In this document: one piece after another, positions 13,301 through 26,800 of the stretch
Position numbering within the stretch: position 1 is the stretch's first letter
Layout of the letters: every line of letters begins with the position of its first letter
DNA from: Styela clava
Lineage: Eukaryota
Length of the DNA: 64,000 nucleotides
Assembly: GCF_964204865.1 (NCBI RefSeq)
Contig: NC_135264.1
Location: 11,966,001 to 12,030,000 of the forward strand
Reading direction: 5' to 3'
The notes under the pieces: generated by a model
Told to the model about the DNA's origin: nothing
Seen by the model: the letters and a program-made list of their open reading frames with translations, nothing else
Database searches by the model: none
Program-made: the position numbers and the translations under genes

Positions 13301-16300
13301 AACGTTCAGAACAGCAGCAAGAGAAATGATAATGAATTATCTACCATCAGGAAGTCGAATAGGAATTGTCGAGTTTTCTTCAAACGCTGATATATTGAGC
13401 TATCTGAAAACTATAGAAACTCAAAATGATCGTGAAGATTTTGTGAATTTGCTTCCCACCATTACTCAAGATTTCACAAGCATTGGAGATGGATTGCTTA
13501 AAGGAATTGAAGTAATTATAACACACGTTGAAATTCGCTCCCTTAATTTCTCAAATATAGATACTTGTTTGAATGACGGGGTTTTCTAGTAACTGATCGT
13601 ATTTTGATGAAAAGTATCATGATTTAGTTTCAGATTTATTGAATTTTCAGTCGAAAAATGAATAGTAGAAATATTTTAAGTTGTGACAAGATATATTTAG
13701 CGTCTTTTTGATAAGTACATTTTTAAATGGCTCAATCCAGCAGTGTGTAGTATATTGTTTGATTCAATTAGCAATTACGTAATCATTACCTAACAGGTTT
13801 TGGAGTATGGAGGTGAAAGCGCTGCAGGAGGAAATCTTATAGTCTTAGTTGATGGGAAAGAAAATGAACCGAATTTCGTCGACATGATGTTTGATAGCAT
13901 CGTAGGAAAGGTATACACATTATTTGGAAATCCCGACTTCACCATTGTTATGCGTTGCATTATTCCTAGGAAATTGTAAAACGAGCGCGTGAAATGAAAT
14001 TTCAACGGTGCTTCTTACTTGGAAATCAATGTTTACATTCAACTCGTGACTACATTTACCTTTTCTGCGTTCGTTTACATGACCTTATGGCTTATTGAGT
14101 ACTTTCAAAATTGTGGACAATGAAAGCTTTTTTGGTCTGGTTACCAAGTAACATTTGGTTTGGTTGCCGAATTTAACATTTTTTGGATGCATCAAATTTT
14201 ATTACCTATAGAACTTTTTTGCACAAAAATTTACATGACATTTCCAGGGAGTTCATGTCAGTACAATATATTATGATGAAACCGATGGAGGAAGAGAAAA
14301 AGGACTTCAACAACTTATAACAGAAACTGGTGGAAAATGGGTTTTTGTTGCCGACGAAAACGATTTAAATTCTTTGACAAACGCTTTTATTACAATGGTC
14401 CAACCAGAAGATGGTGATACTACAGCACAAGTTCTTACTGTAAAAATTTGATTATTGAAGATTATACCGTTTATAATAAAAATGAAAGCTTTCAAAAGAA
14501 GACGTACAAACCCAAACACTCATTCGATTATTCGAAAAAACACTTAAGATTTGCCAATAGCAAGCATATGGCCTAATCAATAACAATTTACATGTTACTA
14601 TATACTGAGTATGGCCTATTTTTCGTCGATTTTTGACTGTGTTCACAAATCTTCGTAGGAATACGACATACGTTGGAATACGACATGGGTATATTGAACC
14701 CTAAACTTCACAAATAATATTTGAATTTCAGATCGAAAGTTATGAGGTGAGCATACCATCAGGAGCATATCAATCATCTGTATATTTGGATCAAACAATT
14801 GGAAAGAATACTGTTTTTTCATTTTCTTGGAATTCTGGCAACCCAGATTTGAGCGTAAGACTTCAAAGCCCAGATGGTTGCGAGTTCACCCATTCAAGCA
14901 TTGGACCAACTTCGAATTGTGGAAATACCGTGAGCTCAGAAGCCAAGGGATTTAATACAATATCGTTCAATATTTCTGGTATTGCGAAGGTAATAATTAC
15001 TACACATTAAAAAACAGGTTGCTCTACTTTTCAGATTGTATTAAAGCAAATGGTATCCCATGGATTGCGACGTCTATTTACCTGCCAGACATTTTTCAGT
15101 GATCTGAATAATAAAAAATTGGGATCGAATAAAAAAAAGTAGTTTTCGATTCAGTATATAATTATTGTATGTATGAAAACGACAATTTAATCATGTAACC
15201 ATACAAATTTGAGTCGCTTTGGAATTTGTTAAAAAATATTTGCCCCGTACAATAAATGCTTTTAGTCCCTATTAAAACCAAGTATTCGAAGAATAACACT
15301 ACTTAATGACAGGAAGGAAACTGGAAATACATCATAGAACCATCCTTTGGTTCAAAGGTCAATATTCAAATATCATCTTCAGCAGCGGATCAAGATGTTG
15401 AACCAATAATGATAACGCCATTCCTAACAACATCAGAATCTAGTTCTGTAAAGGTACTGCGGGCGAAAGTAAGTGTTCATATTTTTACAATCCTTTAATT
15501 GAAGTCAATAGCTATTGTAAGTTTGTAACTTAATCACTGATTGCCGCATCACAATTTTCAGGTTTCAAAAGGGTTGCTACCTATTGCTGGGGTGAATGTT
15601 GTAGCAAAAATTTCAAAACCAGATAAAAGTGTTGTCACTATTGATCTTCTCGATAACGGAGCGGGTATGAGTAATTTCTATGGTGCTGTCTAATATATAC
15701 TGCGTCACTGAAAGTCGAATTGTTCTTGAAATTCCTTACTAAAATATTCAACTGAGAGACTCATGTCGAATGGTAAAATGGATGTGTCTTGAGAAAACAA
15801 CACGACAATCCACATTCTTCAGAATTCTGTTCTTTTTCACGTTTTTGACACAATACACTTCGATTGGCAACACTCTTTTTATTACAATAATATACCATTT
15901 GCTGAGTATCACAGTTATAGTGAATCTTTTAAGGGGCGGATCAAAAAATGGATGATGGAATATATTCAAAGTCTTTGACGGATATTACAACCATCAACGG
16001 TCGATATAGTGTAAAGGTAGTAAATATTTGGTTATAATGAATATAAATGAATTTGAAGGATATTTATACCATGTTATTCGCTTCCTGTCACATATTTTAA
16101 TTTTGAATATTAGGCCTCAGTCTGTTTGACGTTTTTCTATCGTTTTCAATTGAGGGAAGAATATATGTAAAATGTTGTCGCAAAACTCAATAATTTTTAA
16201 TATTTTTTCATATATCTAGATTGAGGCAACTGCATCAGGCACATCTGCCAAAATAAACGGAAACACGATGTCCTTTGCAAATTACAACTATGGTGTTGTC

Positions 16301-19300
16301 CTTGACGATGGTATGGCAAATTCGATATTTCACAAACATTTAGAATAAGAATTAGGCTTTATTAAAATAAGATTTGAAGCAGAAAATGCATGAATGAATT
16401 AGTTTCAGCATTGAAATCATTGCGTGTCCGGAAAACTCGCCGCATGATATTTCGCCGTAAGGGCATTTCGCTGTAAAACAAGTATTTGTGATAAAAAGAC
16501 AGTGAGGTTTATAGTGTTAGGGTATGCTCTTAAATAACGAATCTTTTCTAAATATAAAGGTACTTCAAAAACCTAACTGTTTCATTACAAATACTTGTTT
16601 CACAGCAAACTGCTCTTGCGGCGAAATTTCATGCGGCGAATTTTGCCAGAACCAAAATCATTGAGTCTCACAATCTGGTATCGTCATTAATCAATAAAAG
16701 CAAAATTTATAATGACAATTTGGTGCGGTATGCAGATGGTATGGTGCGGTAACGTTACTCATAAATTGAATATAAGAAATCATCGTTTCCCAATCATTTA
16801 GGTTCTGTGAAGTTGAATCCAAACGGCTTGCCAGATTCAGTAGAATCAAACAGTATTTCTGTTACTGAATTTAGTAGATCTCTCTCGATGGTCGGCTTCA
16901 CTCATTCTGGGTAAATATGGATAAAAAATATTCTAGTTGAAACCATTGCGAATCGTATTGATAGAATAATTTCACCCGAAAAGAAAATTGAAAAATTCAA
17001 AGATGAAGTGCTCTCACACCTTATTCAGCTTATAGCAATTAGTGTTTCTGGTTTCGACTGGTTAATTATAGTTTCGTAATAATAATTATTCATATTTTTT
17101 ACTTATATTAGTTTATATCATTTGTAGCGCATCCGGAGGACCAGATAATATATCGCCATGTAAAATTATTGATCTCGAAATCAAACAAGCAACCGAATCC
17201 ACAAACAAAATCGACATTTTATTTACTGCTCCGGGAAACGACTACGACGTAGGAAATGGTGGGTCTTGTATTATGATCAAAAATTCCAATTGAATAAAAT
17301 GCAAATTGAGTACTGTAAGTTCGAGGGTGACCACAAACTAATATTATTTTAGCATGTTATTTATTCCAAGCTGTAACTACTTTTGCGATGGGAAAAATAC
17401 AATATTAAAACGTTTTTATTTCAGCTTTTTATTATGAAATGTTTTACACATTCGAAGCATCCACCGATTTGCTTAATCTCGGTCAGTCGAGAAATGAAAC
17501 AACACGTGTGGTTTTAGAGGATGATTTCTTACAAGGAAGTTTGAAAAGTCCTAAAAAGTTTGGAGAGATTGAAACTATGAGATTGGCGCTTGTGTCTGTG
17601 CCTACTATAGAAGGATTTTACACGTAGGTTCTCATCGTGGTTAGTTTTATTGCTTTGTTTGCATTATGTGCATGTTACCCGCCCATAGTTTGCTACATAT
17701 TTGCTACGCTGCAAAGTCAAGTTACGAAGACAGAATACGAGAGAAAATAAGTACGTGACTCATGTGCGGTTCCATTCTTACCTTTTTCTTGGAACTAAAG
17801 TTGCTACATATTGTACGTTGCAAAGTCAAATGCGAACGAATGTAGGCTTATAGGGAGAGATTAGTAATTATCCGTGTTCCCACTAAAGCTATATTTAGGA
17901 CACCCATCCTAAACGCCTACGTGAATTCAAGCTGCGAATATTGAATACGAGAGAAAATAAGTACTTGCTTAACTGGCGCTCTTGTGCGAATCCATTCTTA
18001 CCTTTTTCTTGGAACTAAGTTAAACAAACAAATGCAAACAAGTGCTTTTTGCAGAGTCAGCTTAGTTGTGCGATCAGCGGACTTAGAAGGCAATGTATCG
18101 CCGATATCTAATATTGCGGCTACTGAATATGTCGTAGGTAAACCAGTAGTGATAGCAACATCGACCAATTCAGTATTTTCAACCTCCATCAAAGTAACAC
18201 CAGTATCAAAATCTACGTCGATACCGAGTAAACCAGAACCATCAAGTGAGTTTAAATTCATATAAATTTGGTTACTATTAGTATATTTTTTTAGACACAA
18301 AACTAGGATTATCAGTGGATGTGAGGTGTAATTTCTGTTTATCTTTTGTGAATCTTAAATATTCCAAATCAAGGATTTTATGAAGAAAATTTTTGCATCA
18401 CATGGAATCCTGTCTCACGCTAATCCTATTTGTCTTCAATATCAAGGACAATTAGTAGCTTTGGGGTCGAAGACAAGCTAAAGCTAATGATAAATCTGTC
18501 TGTGATAAGTCAGAGGTCGATGACCAGAAAGTTCATTTGTCATTCATCAAACGTCACAAGGCGAAGAAGACAAAATTGTCAACTATACTAATGAATTTTA
18601 AATAGAGCAAAGTGAAACTAGCTAATCAAAGTCAGTAAGATCACGTATTATTCATGAACAAACAGACGGTTTTGAAAACTTTTGAAACTAAATAGCGTGA
18701 TGTATATTGCAAAATATGCCTATAGGGTAAGGCAAAGTTCAAAACTAGTATGTTACTGCATCGATGACGACACTATTGAAGTGAATGAATGGAAGATATG
18801 AATAAAATTATGTAGAGCGTTTGTACCTTATGTTTTGATTAGTACATCGCGCGAGTTACATTAGAATTTTCTATATTTACCCTGGAGTTTTGAAGCAGTA
18901 TTACTAATCCATACCTGTTAGTTAAAAACTCACCTTTGCTAGGAAAGATTTTACACTCAAATTATTTTTAACAGATGGACTTATCATTGGACTTTCTGTT
19001 TCGATTGTAATAATTGTCATTTCCGGTAAGTAATTAAATGTTTCTTCATTCGAACTACTGACTAAATATAATATATTATTTAATATGTATATTAATTCTA
19101 GTATTTGGGGCGAATAAGTTGAGCTCATATATTATCAGAACCTAATAAATAGTCTATATGAGGCATTACTGAATCATGGGGTATCGTAGCACCATGTGAA
19201 TGTTCTTGTTTTTTCCGACTCGGAACCTCATGTGTTTAGTTCTTCTTCATATTATACATGTTTATATTCAGTTGTAGCGGTGTTATTATGGTTATGTAAA

Positions 19301-19597
19301 CGACACAACCGTAAAAAGGCAGTCAGTCCAAGGGAGAGGGTCTATCAACCAAGCGAATACGACAAGGCCACGGATCTCCCTCGTGAGTGCCCACCGGATT
19401 ATTCGACAGTCAATGCACCTTATCAACAACCTTCTTACAGGTATGAAGCATACCAACGACAACCTTATTATCAAACAAATGATTACGAATTCGCCCAAAC
19501 AAACCAATCTGCCTATGAAACTCCCATACAACAGCAATATTACGAAGATGTCGATAATGCCCCGCCGCTTCCTCCTCGTCCACCAAACCGTGGGTGA
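10347..19597 (+). CDS. CLCA: CLCA-family paralog B: membrane-anchored, HEXXH degenerate (QQWAH), long Tyr/Pro-rich cytoplasmic tail
   Basis: 20 exons: 10347-10505, 10629-10766, 10979-11123, 11480-11579 (GC donor), 12047-12215, 12825-13085, 13290-13511, 13797-13910, 14248-14439, 14732-14989, 15313-15468, 15562-15664, 15934-16016, 16220-16310, 16802-16910, 17128-17258, 17425-17623, 18055-18245, 18975-19025, 19272-19597. Frame is open throughout. Motifs: VKLENNGYKGLLIAIHP, VQQWAHYRYGIYDE, DVSNS (MIDAS), LLDNGAGAD..DDGIYS, FTAPGNDYDVG, TM segment GLIIGLSVSIVIIVISVVAVLLWLC then KRHNRKK. Confidence 0.92.
16423..16654. mobile_element. MITE with ~85-bp TIRs and 9-bp TSD
   Basis: Left arm (tcgccgcatga.atttcgccg...aaacaagtatttgt) pairs with the right arm; aaatcattg on both flanks (16414-16422, 16655-16663). 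Confidence 0.8.
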
Positions 19598-20893
19598 GGG
19601 AGTCCAGGTCTCCAGCAAATGCGGATCATTATTCAAAATAGAATAGAATAGAACACAAAATAGAGTACAATTGTAGAAGATGTAGAGTCCTGTCAAGTTC
19701 GGCGCAAAAATATAGTTCCATCGATTACTAATCTTCAAATTAGACTTATTATTTCTGAATATTCCCACGTCAAATTTCGTTTTTTGATGTATGTGGAAGC
19801 GAATGACTAAAAGAAAACCATTGTTGAAGTTATGCCTTTGTTATACATATTATTCAAAAAAAATTGGAAAAAATACCGCGTTCTGTCTGTAATTTAATGT
19901 GACTGGTATTTTGTGACGGTATCAATATAAGTGATAAATGTTTCTTAGAGTGTATTTTTACTTTCGTACAAGACAAATTTCGATAATGTCTCTTATTTTA
20001 TAGATTTTTGATTTTTTCATTTGGTAAACGCTATCTTGATATTGAATTTTAGTTATTAAATAATTAATTATTAAAAATTGCGACAGAGTGAATAATATTT
20101 TTGGTGCACATTTTTTATTCAGATAGCTATTTGTTTTACCAAACCTAGTTTATTGTAAATGTACTTTTTCAATAGTTCATTATTTAGTATGAGTCACGTC
20201 AAGTCGTTATTGGAATGGTATCTTGAATAAATTTTAGTTGTTATTCACGGTAAGTGCTCACGTAAAAGTCGGTGTTGATTACGGAATTTATTTTTGTTCT
20301 TTGAAGTTTAATCTTCGTTTTTAAGTCCACAACCCTTCAACTTTATTTCAGCACAGTTTTGTGAAAGCATTGGTGAAAAAAATCCCAAAGTACTGGTGTT
20401 TGATCATTTCCCAAATCCCAAAATGAAATTGCAAAAGAGTCAAGAGATACGGTATTATTGTGGTTCATTATATATCGGTTGACCCTATACCTGACTTCAG
20501 TTTAATGCAACACGGTGAAAAAGTACTTCACCCAAAATATAGTGCAAAAGATCTGTATAACAAAACGTTTATTGCAAATAAAGTAACTGATTAGTAATAT
20601 CCTTGCTATTTACATGTAACTCTATTATATTTAACTACACATCACAAATGTTTTCGTTGAATCACAAATTGTCCTCGTTTATAGGAGGAACATATATATA
20701 TATATTTCATAAGATTTTAGTTACACACGAGTTGCTATATATATATCAATATAAATGATAATAAAAATGAAACAGTGAGCAGTTATCAACAAAATACAGT
20801 TAAAATGAACAGTATATTGAACTAGAAAACAATACTTGTTTGTTAGAAGTGCAAGTCAGTATTGCGTGAAGTATTACTACTGAAATGTATTTA

Positions 20894-23800
20894 TTAAGCA
20901 TGTGGGTTTTTGGAATATTGCTTCTTTGTCCCAGCCTCCATTTTAGCATTGTCATCTTTAATCTTGTTGGATTTTGAGACTTTGTGTAATTTTTTCTTTC
21001 GGTGAAACCAATATGCAAGGAACCCGCCCACACCTGGTAAAATATAGATAAAGCGACGGTATTTTGAGATGAATGGATTTACATGTTTTTATCGAGTGAC
21101 TCTAACCGATTCTTATTCTAAAATCGTCATTGAATTATACATCTCGAAATGACCATTTCCAAGTAATATTTCCAAACACCAAGCTCTAATAAAAGCCGAA
21201 ATGATATACGCGGTTTTGTTAGAAGTTAAAAGTGTTCATACCTACGACTAGTACAAACACAAGTATTCCGATTCCAACGTATAATCCTGTGTTATTTTGC
21301 TGAGAAACGAATGCAGGAGGCACGTAGTAAAACTTAATCATAGCGATATTCGATACATCAGCTCTGTTCCCAGCCTCGTCTCTAGCTTTGATGGCGTAGC
21401 TGACCCTGTAATATGTGAATGTATAAAAATCAAAGCTTGATGTAATTGATAATTACTCAGAATATTTCTATTTCAAATTAAATTAGATACACAACAGAAG
21501 AACAATGCTCAAATATATTGGCAACAGTGCGGTAACATTGCGCGATGAAGATACGCCGTTCGTTGGGCATTATGTGTCGAAATCGATGAAACGAAAACTG
21601 CCGTGGTGATGGACCGACTACTTTTTTTCTCAAAAACCAGAAAAGTAGACTTAAAAAAGTTGCAGCATGAAGTTCAAATTCAATTTGAAAAAAGTTATAT
21701 ATATTTCTGCAGAAGACACTGCATATTCGACTACTGATAAATTGAAAGAGAATAATCCTCAAAAGGAAAATCGATGGTGTTTTTTACCAACAAATTCACC
21801 AAAATTATCCATAGGTCCAATTTATGTCCAATGACAAAATCTTTATTTCTTCAGAAGCCTATACAGTAGTGACTTTTATCTGATCAGACTTCTTAGTTAT
21901 GACAGGAAATATTACCTTATTGTTTTGGTATTTTTCATTGATACATTTGGTGGTTCAACAACGAGAGTTTCCACCGTACCAGCCACTGAAGGATTGGTAA
22001 TATTTCCTTGAATTACATTTTTAACCATTGTGCAGGATTCAAAATCTGTTAGTAATTTATCTGAGGTATCGGTGGTGTAACGAATATCATAGTTGAAAGC
22101 TGCAAGAGAGATAGACATGCAGTTTTGGATTGTTGTTAACAACATATTTGACTTGTCTATATATATTACCGGTGACCGTACATTTGAACCCATGTACATT
22201 TGAACCCATGCGTATATCCACGGGTTCAATCTATATGCGGGTGCTAAAACCCATGGGTTAGGGTTAGTATGGGTTTAACTATCCGTGAAACAAAAAAAAT
22301 TCCATAGGTGCAATAGCATACAGGTGCAATTATCATGGGTTCAAATGTACGTGGGTTCAAATGTAATGGAACCTATATTACCTGTTCCACTATCAAAATC
22401 GTCCCCTGGTGACGTAAAAGTAAGAACAACTCCCTTTTCATAATCAGAAAAATCACTTTGAGCCGCATTTAAATCTAGTATTCTGCTAGGTGGCAAGGTG
22501 TCTGTTCCAACACTAAAAAAAATTATTTGTTAATTTTATTACAACTCTGACGTAAAACGTAGAATCTATTTAAATTACAAACAAAGTGTATCCACATAAA
22601 AAAGGAATTATAATTCAAAACTTACCTATCAATGCTGTCTAATTCAAGCTATTAAAGACAGTTAAAGTTCAGTTACCCTGTCGATGTGTGTTCAAAAGCG
22701 CCAGCAGAAGCTTGTCTAGCAAAAGCTCCCATTGAATCAGCTGTGACTCCAAATGGAGTGTCTTTTGGAAGAAAAGTCCTCCCGTTCGGATTCGAAACAA
22801 ATTTACCTGCATAAGTGAAATGTTTTAAAGCCACTGTAATGAACCTTGCAATTGACGGAATTCAACCTAGACTTACCGTTTTCGTCTACGTATCCGCGGT
22901 TATAAACTGCCTTTGACTGTTGCATTTGAGTCAATGTCTTACTGTTAAGCGACGATTCGACATTCACCTAACAAATAAAACTATTTTTATCATAATTTTT
23001 TTGGACATACATTTCAATTTATTGGAAAAAAAATGTACCTTTACAGAATATCTCCCGGTAGACGAAAACCCAGTAATGTATCTTGAATATATTCCGTCGT
23101 TTCTACGGATATCCGGGGCTAAAAAGCATAAAAGTCGTTAAAAATCTTAAAAACTTCAGATTTCCATTCATGAGTTTGATAAATTTCCTCCATATATAAA
23201 ACAAAAATTTCAATTAATCTAAAAAATACAGCTGGTGCGGAAATATGATTTCATGTTGCCTTTGAAAGTTCCAAATGTTGGTCTTCTTTAGTTCATAATT
23301 ACCTGCGCCACGATCCAACAGCTGTATAGGCGTCCCGGTACTTCCATCGGGGTACGCGATAGCTGCCGTTACTCTGGCATCAAGAACTGGGTTTAAACCT
23401 TGTGTAACCTATAAATGAGAAATATGCCGATTTTTTTTTTATCAGACAATGTTTGCGTTTTTTAACACATTCTACAGACGAAAATGTCTTCAGCCTGGTA
23501 ATTCAAATATATATATATTGCTCAATTTTCCCAAAAAAACTGTATCTCAAATCGTCGTGCCAAAACATTGACCGTTTTACTTACTTTTGCGTAAACAAGT
23601 GGTTGACTGCCATCAGAACTTAGGGTTGACTCCACAAGTATTGGCTCCACATCAGTACCGGCAGATTGAGAAGTAACGACTATAGTTACAGTTTGTGAAT
23701 TGCCATTTGGTAACTCAACGTAACTTGACCATGTGCCATACTGTGTATATAAGATTATAGATTAAATAAAAAATACTAAAAATAAAATCTTCATCTTTAA

Positions 23801-26800
23801 ATACTGTTTAATTAAAAAGTGATTATATTTTACATTTCTGTTACACTAGTACAGGACTACTCGACTGGCCGACCACGGTCCAAATCCGGACCTTTCGAGT
23901 GCCAAATTTGGACCGCAGCTGCTTTTTGCTAAACCGCTGTGGAAAAATTGTCATTGTAATATGAGTTTCTCAGAGCATTGACTCACTAATGTGACTAATC
24001 AAGACGATTTGAATGCCGGTATAAAAACTGAAGTTTTAGTGGCTTATTGGATACATTTTTCACATATTTTTAGATATGATGGTTAACATTAGCTTGTTTT
24101 TGTAGCTTATATATATTTCACACGCGCGTCATCTCACGCGCTCGGCTTCACAACGGAAGTCCTGTCACACCGACACCGAAGCGTGATATTAAGCATTGCT
24201 CTTGTGTTTTGTCAAACGATGCATTTGTAAATTTAAAAGTTTGTGTACGGATCTTTAATGAAAATAGTTGAGTAGCCCTGCACTAGTATATGATAGAACA
24301 AACAAGAAACCTGTGCCTATTCTTCTGCCTGTTATTGTATGTCAAAAACGAGTGTATCCCGATATATATTTATTTTATTATAAACTCACCTCCGCGTTTC
24401 CAAGCTCAAACCTCATCGTCTTATATTCATTTTTGATTGTGTGAACGACATTTGTGCAAGGGTTTAAAGCAAATGAGTTCACGTTTGTATATTGACATAC
24501 ACCACTTGGTGGAGTAAGTAAAACCTTTGGAGCTACATTCCCATACGACCAAGTGTAAGTGAACACTGTATTTTTACCGATAGTGATATCAATGGGAATC
24601 GTGTTCCCAAAGTTATTATTACTGCTTTCCAATCTGACTGACTCACTGAATATCTGCAAAAATTCCAAAACGGAATATATTTTATCTATATTATTTATAT
24701 CATGTTGTTTAACTGACTATTATAAACCAGCTGAGTCGTATAGAAGGAGACTTTCGAACTATCACCATCACCATATCAGGCTCAACACTGACTAATTCAG
24801 TTTGTTCCTATTTCCCGTCACTGTCACGGTATCGTTTAGTGGTAGTTTATTTTTAAAGAATCGATGGCCAGTTTTCTCAATTAAAAGTAGAACAATTAGC
24901 TTAAAAAAGTTGTAAGCTTTCTTGCCATGCGATGCTATGTATATAGATACCAGTAAAAAAAATCTGAGCCGTGGCTCAACAACAATTTAAATTTTGCTGG
25001 TAAGTTTTGTGGATAGAAGTTACCGTTATATGAATGAAGACTTGCACTATGGAAACATTTTGTATTTAGATGTATTGCTGTAATATTACCACGGAACGTT
25101 ATCACCGTATTTTTGATAAAAGATGAGTTAGTACATCTTATGTAACCTGGAATGTTCTCTTATTGTCATCCCCATCAGTGACTTTAGACATGTCATTGTA
25201 CGCATCAACAAGAGCCAGAAAATCGTCTCCACCAGCGAAAAACCAGCTTCCTCCACTTTGAATGGAAAGATCAACTAATATCTGATTCGCTGAGGTAAAC
25301 ACGAATAACGTCTGTACGACTATTTTCTGTCAAAAATTCGTTAATATCGCTATTATTACCGGATGGCCAAATTGCCAAAGTAAGTGTATGTGAGCTCTTT
25401 GTTTGCTTATAAAACTTGAAATTAAATACAAAAGGCCCAATATTGAACATAGCTTTTCCCGTAAGAATGAATCAATTACAATCAATACCTTCTCAATAAT
25501 TTCGTCGTAAATTTCCTCGATTAAAAGGGTCGATCCAGAAGTCTCTTTACCGTCTGTCATAACAAGTAAGTATCCTCCTGCTGGATTAGAATTACCAGCT
25601 TCAAGCACCTGAAGTAATTATAGTTCCCTTTATAAAGTGAAAAATCTAGCAAATATAGTACTGAGGATTCTTGTGATGTAACGTCGATGACGGTTTAGTA
25701 AAGTCATATAATCGAGTGAATCGCTTATGTTAAGATCTATTCTGATTTAACTCAGTCAATACAAATTCAAACCTCAATTCCCTTTTGTAATCCACAACCT
25801 ATGCAAGTGCATGTGTTGCATCCTTTGCCAACGGCACTCGGCAAATTGTTTGCAAGGCTGTCACGGTCTGCTGATGACTGCACCTTCATCAAATCACTGT
25901 CTTTTCTAGATTTTTGGTCAAATTCTACGATACCAACGAGCGAACCATATGGAACTGAGTTAATAACAAAGTAGTTGGCTGCTTTCTGCATTTGATCAAA
26001 TCGAGACTGAAAATATAAGAATCAATTGCTGAAAATTGGGTGAACAGAGTAAATTGATAAAACAAAATTACACGGAAAACCTACTTCGCCTGAATCTCCA
26101 TCCACCGTAGACATACTTCCAGAAACATCTAGAACTAAGACAAATCGTTGACTTTCTTGAGCCATTTTTATTGTAAAAATTGGCCGCAATGATTCAACTG
26201 AACCCGCTGGAGGATTTTTGTTCTCTTGAAAATCGATCGAATTTTCCATGACATCCCAAACACTCATTAAATCGCAAAGTCTATTTTGATCATTTGGTGC
26301 GTTTCTGTTATGACTGTTTGCATCACAGAACTGTGTAATCTGTACAGATGAAAGTTTACATTATCGTCAATCTTTATTACACAGAGCAATATATTTTTAA
26401 TTATTCAACATCATTTCAAACCTCGTTCAAATACTGATAAGACATGAGCGATGAATCGTATTTCCCATCTGAATGTCCAGGATAACAAAAGCAGTCTTCG
26501 TCGTATAAACCAGTTTGTTTGTTAATTCTACAACTTGCGCGACCGGTTCGACAATTTTGTTGATTATCACTATTTGTGCAACAAACCGGATACTTTTTCG
26601 GACACCTGAACGGAAAGAAAAGCATATACTAAAAACTATAGCAAACGAGTGTCGAGAGATTCTAAGCAATCTTGAATATCAATACGTACAATTTCTAGAC
26701 GCCTCTAAGACGCCTAAATAACTGCTTGTTGAAACACTTTTGTACAACATTCCTATAACGTTATCAAGACCTTAGCACAACTTACTGAGTGACAGAATTT

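Noticed and set aside
10347-19597. CLCA-B as a pseudogene
   Set aside because: All 20 exons join in frame with no premature stop, and the signal peptide, MIDAS motif and TM are intact.
19292-19768. 158-aa minus-strand ORF
   Set aside because: Antisense shadow of the last CLCA-B exon, with no motif or splice support.
22214-22270. Interstitial telomere (TTAGGG)
   Set aside because: Only about two units, always inside the MITE family.
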